DNA from: Oscillospiraceae bacterium
GTDB lineage: Bacteria; Bacillota; Clostridia; Oscillospirales; Oscillospiraceae
Assembly (NCBI GenBank): GCA_017434755.1
Contig: JAFRER010000016.1
Location: 86,391-150,390 of the forward strand
Reading direction: 5' to 3'
DNA length: 64,000 nucleotides
This document shows, in pieces, positions 63,713-64,000 of this stretch. The notes beneath the pieces were generated by a model, which did no database searches, was not told the origin of the DNA, and saw only the letters and a program-made list of their open reading frames with translations. Position 1 is the first letter of the stretch; each line of letters begins with the position of its first letter. The position numbers and the translations under genes were made by a program.

Positions 63713-64000
63713 ATGGCGAATGGGGCCAGGATTATTACGGTGGCCGGCAAGGGAGGCGTTGGAAAGACCTCCATATGCGCTTCGATCGTAAGGCTTCTCA
63801 CCGAGAAGTATCCGGATAAGAAGATTCTTGCGATAGACGCCGATCCAGCTGTCGGGCTGTCCGTTGCTCTTGGCGTTGATGTAAAGCTGACTCTGGACGA
63901 TATCCGCATGAGTATCGTTGACAGTGTTGAGAACGGAGAGACAAGCGCGGCACTTGAGCTTCTGAGCGAAGCGAGGTTCCGGATCTTTGACGCCCTGGTG
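63713..64000 (+). CDS. CooC/MinD-ParA(SIMIBI)-type P-loop ATPase, 5-prime partial (runs off the window)
   Basis: My own translation from ATG 63713 gives MANGARIITVAGKGGVGKTSICASIVRLL...ILAIDADPAVGLS. This has the deviant Walker A KGGxGK[ST] and resembles CooC-like Ni-insertion ATPases. RBS AAAGGGGGG. Confidence 0.7.
   Translation, partial: MANGARIITVAGKGGVGKTSICASIVRLLTEKYPDKKILAIDADPAVGLSVALGVDVKLTLDDIRMSIVDSVENGETSAALELLSEARFRIFDALV

Overview
GC-rich (judged by eye, not computed) chromosomal segment from what looks like an anaerobic Clostridia-type Firmicute. That guess rests on gene content: DnaD/DnaI-type helicase loaders, MreCD-PBP2, Pta, indolepyruvate:ferredoxin oxidoreductase and a flavodiiron protein. 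About 60 protein genes are supported. I saw no rRNA, tRNA, CRISPR array, IS element or prophage. The left half (about 3.6-29.7 kb) is an unusually dense molybdenum/tungsten cofactor island. It holds a tungstate transporter (tupABC, with a circularly permuted TupA), two MoeA genes (one fused to a PBP-like anion-binding domain), and a MoeB/ThiF-like E1 translationally coupled to a G3E(CobW)-like P-loop protein and an MJ0619-like radical SAM enzyme. It also holds a third MoeA-like MoCF-binding protein, modABC with a molbindin, and a Desulfovibrio-MOP-type aldehyde oxidoreductase. The MOP gene is surrounded by about 12 accessory genes: XdhC-like, His-phosphatase-HD fusion, MocA-like NTP transferase fused to a ModE-type HTH, two Cys-rich GCAxxG-type proteins, two methyltransferases, a PaaK/F390-synthetase-like adenylating enzyme, a CCG-domain Fe-S protein and a Zn-ribbon protein. 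Most of these have no established role. This MOP-associated module and the E1/G3E/radical-SAM trio are the best candidates for an undescribed cofactor-tailoring or cofactor-insertion system. The right half (29.7-64 kb) is mostly housekeeping: def, nitroreductase, a multidomain flavodiiron protein, murC, dnaD/dnaI-like, U32-maf-mreCD-mrdA-mgsA-hisS-aspS, comM, thiI, htrA, tadA, pta and lepA. All functional calls come from reading the translated ORFs and recognising motifs. No database search was run.
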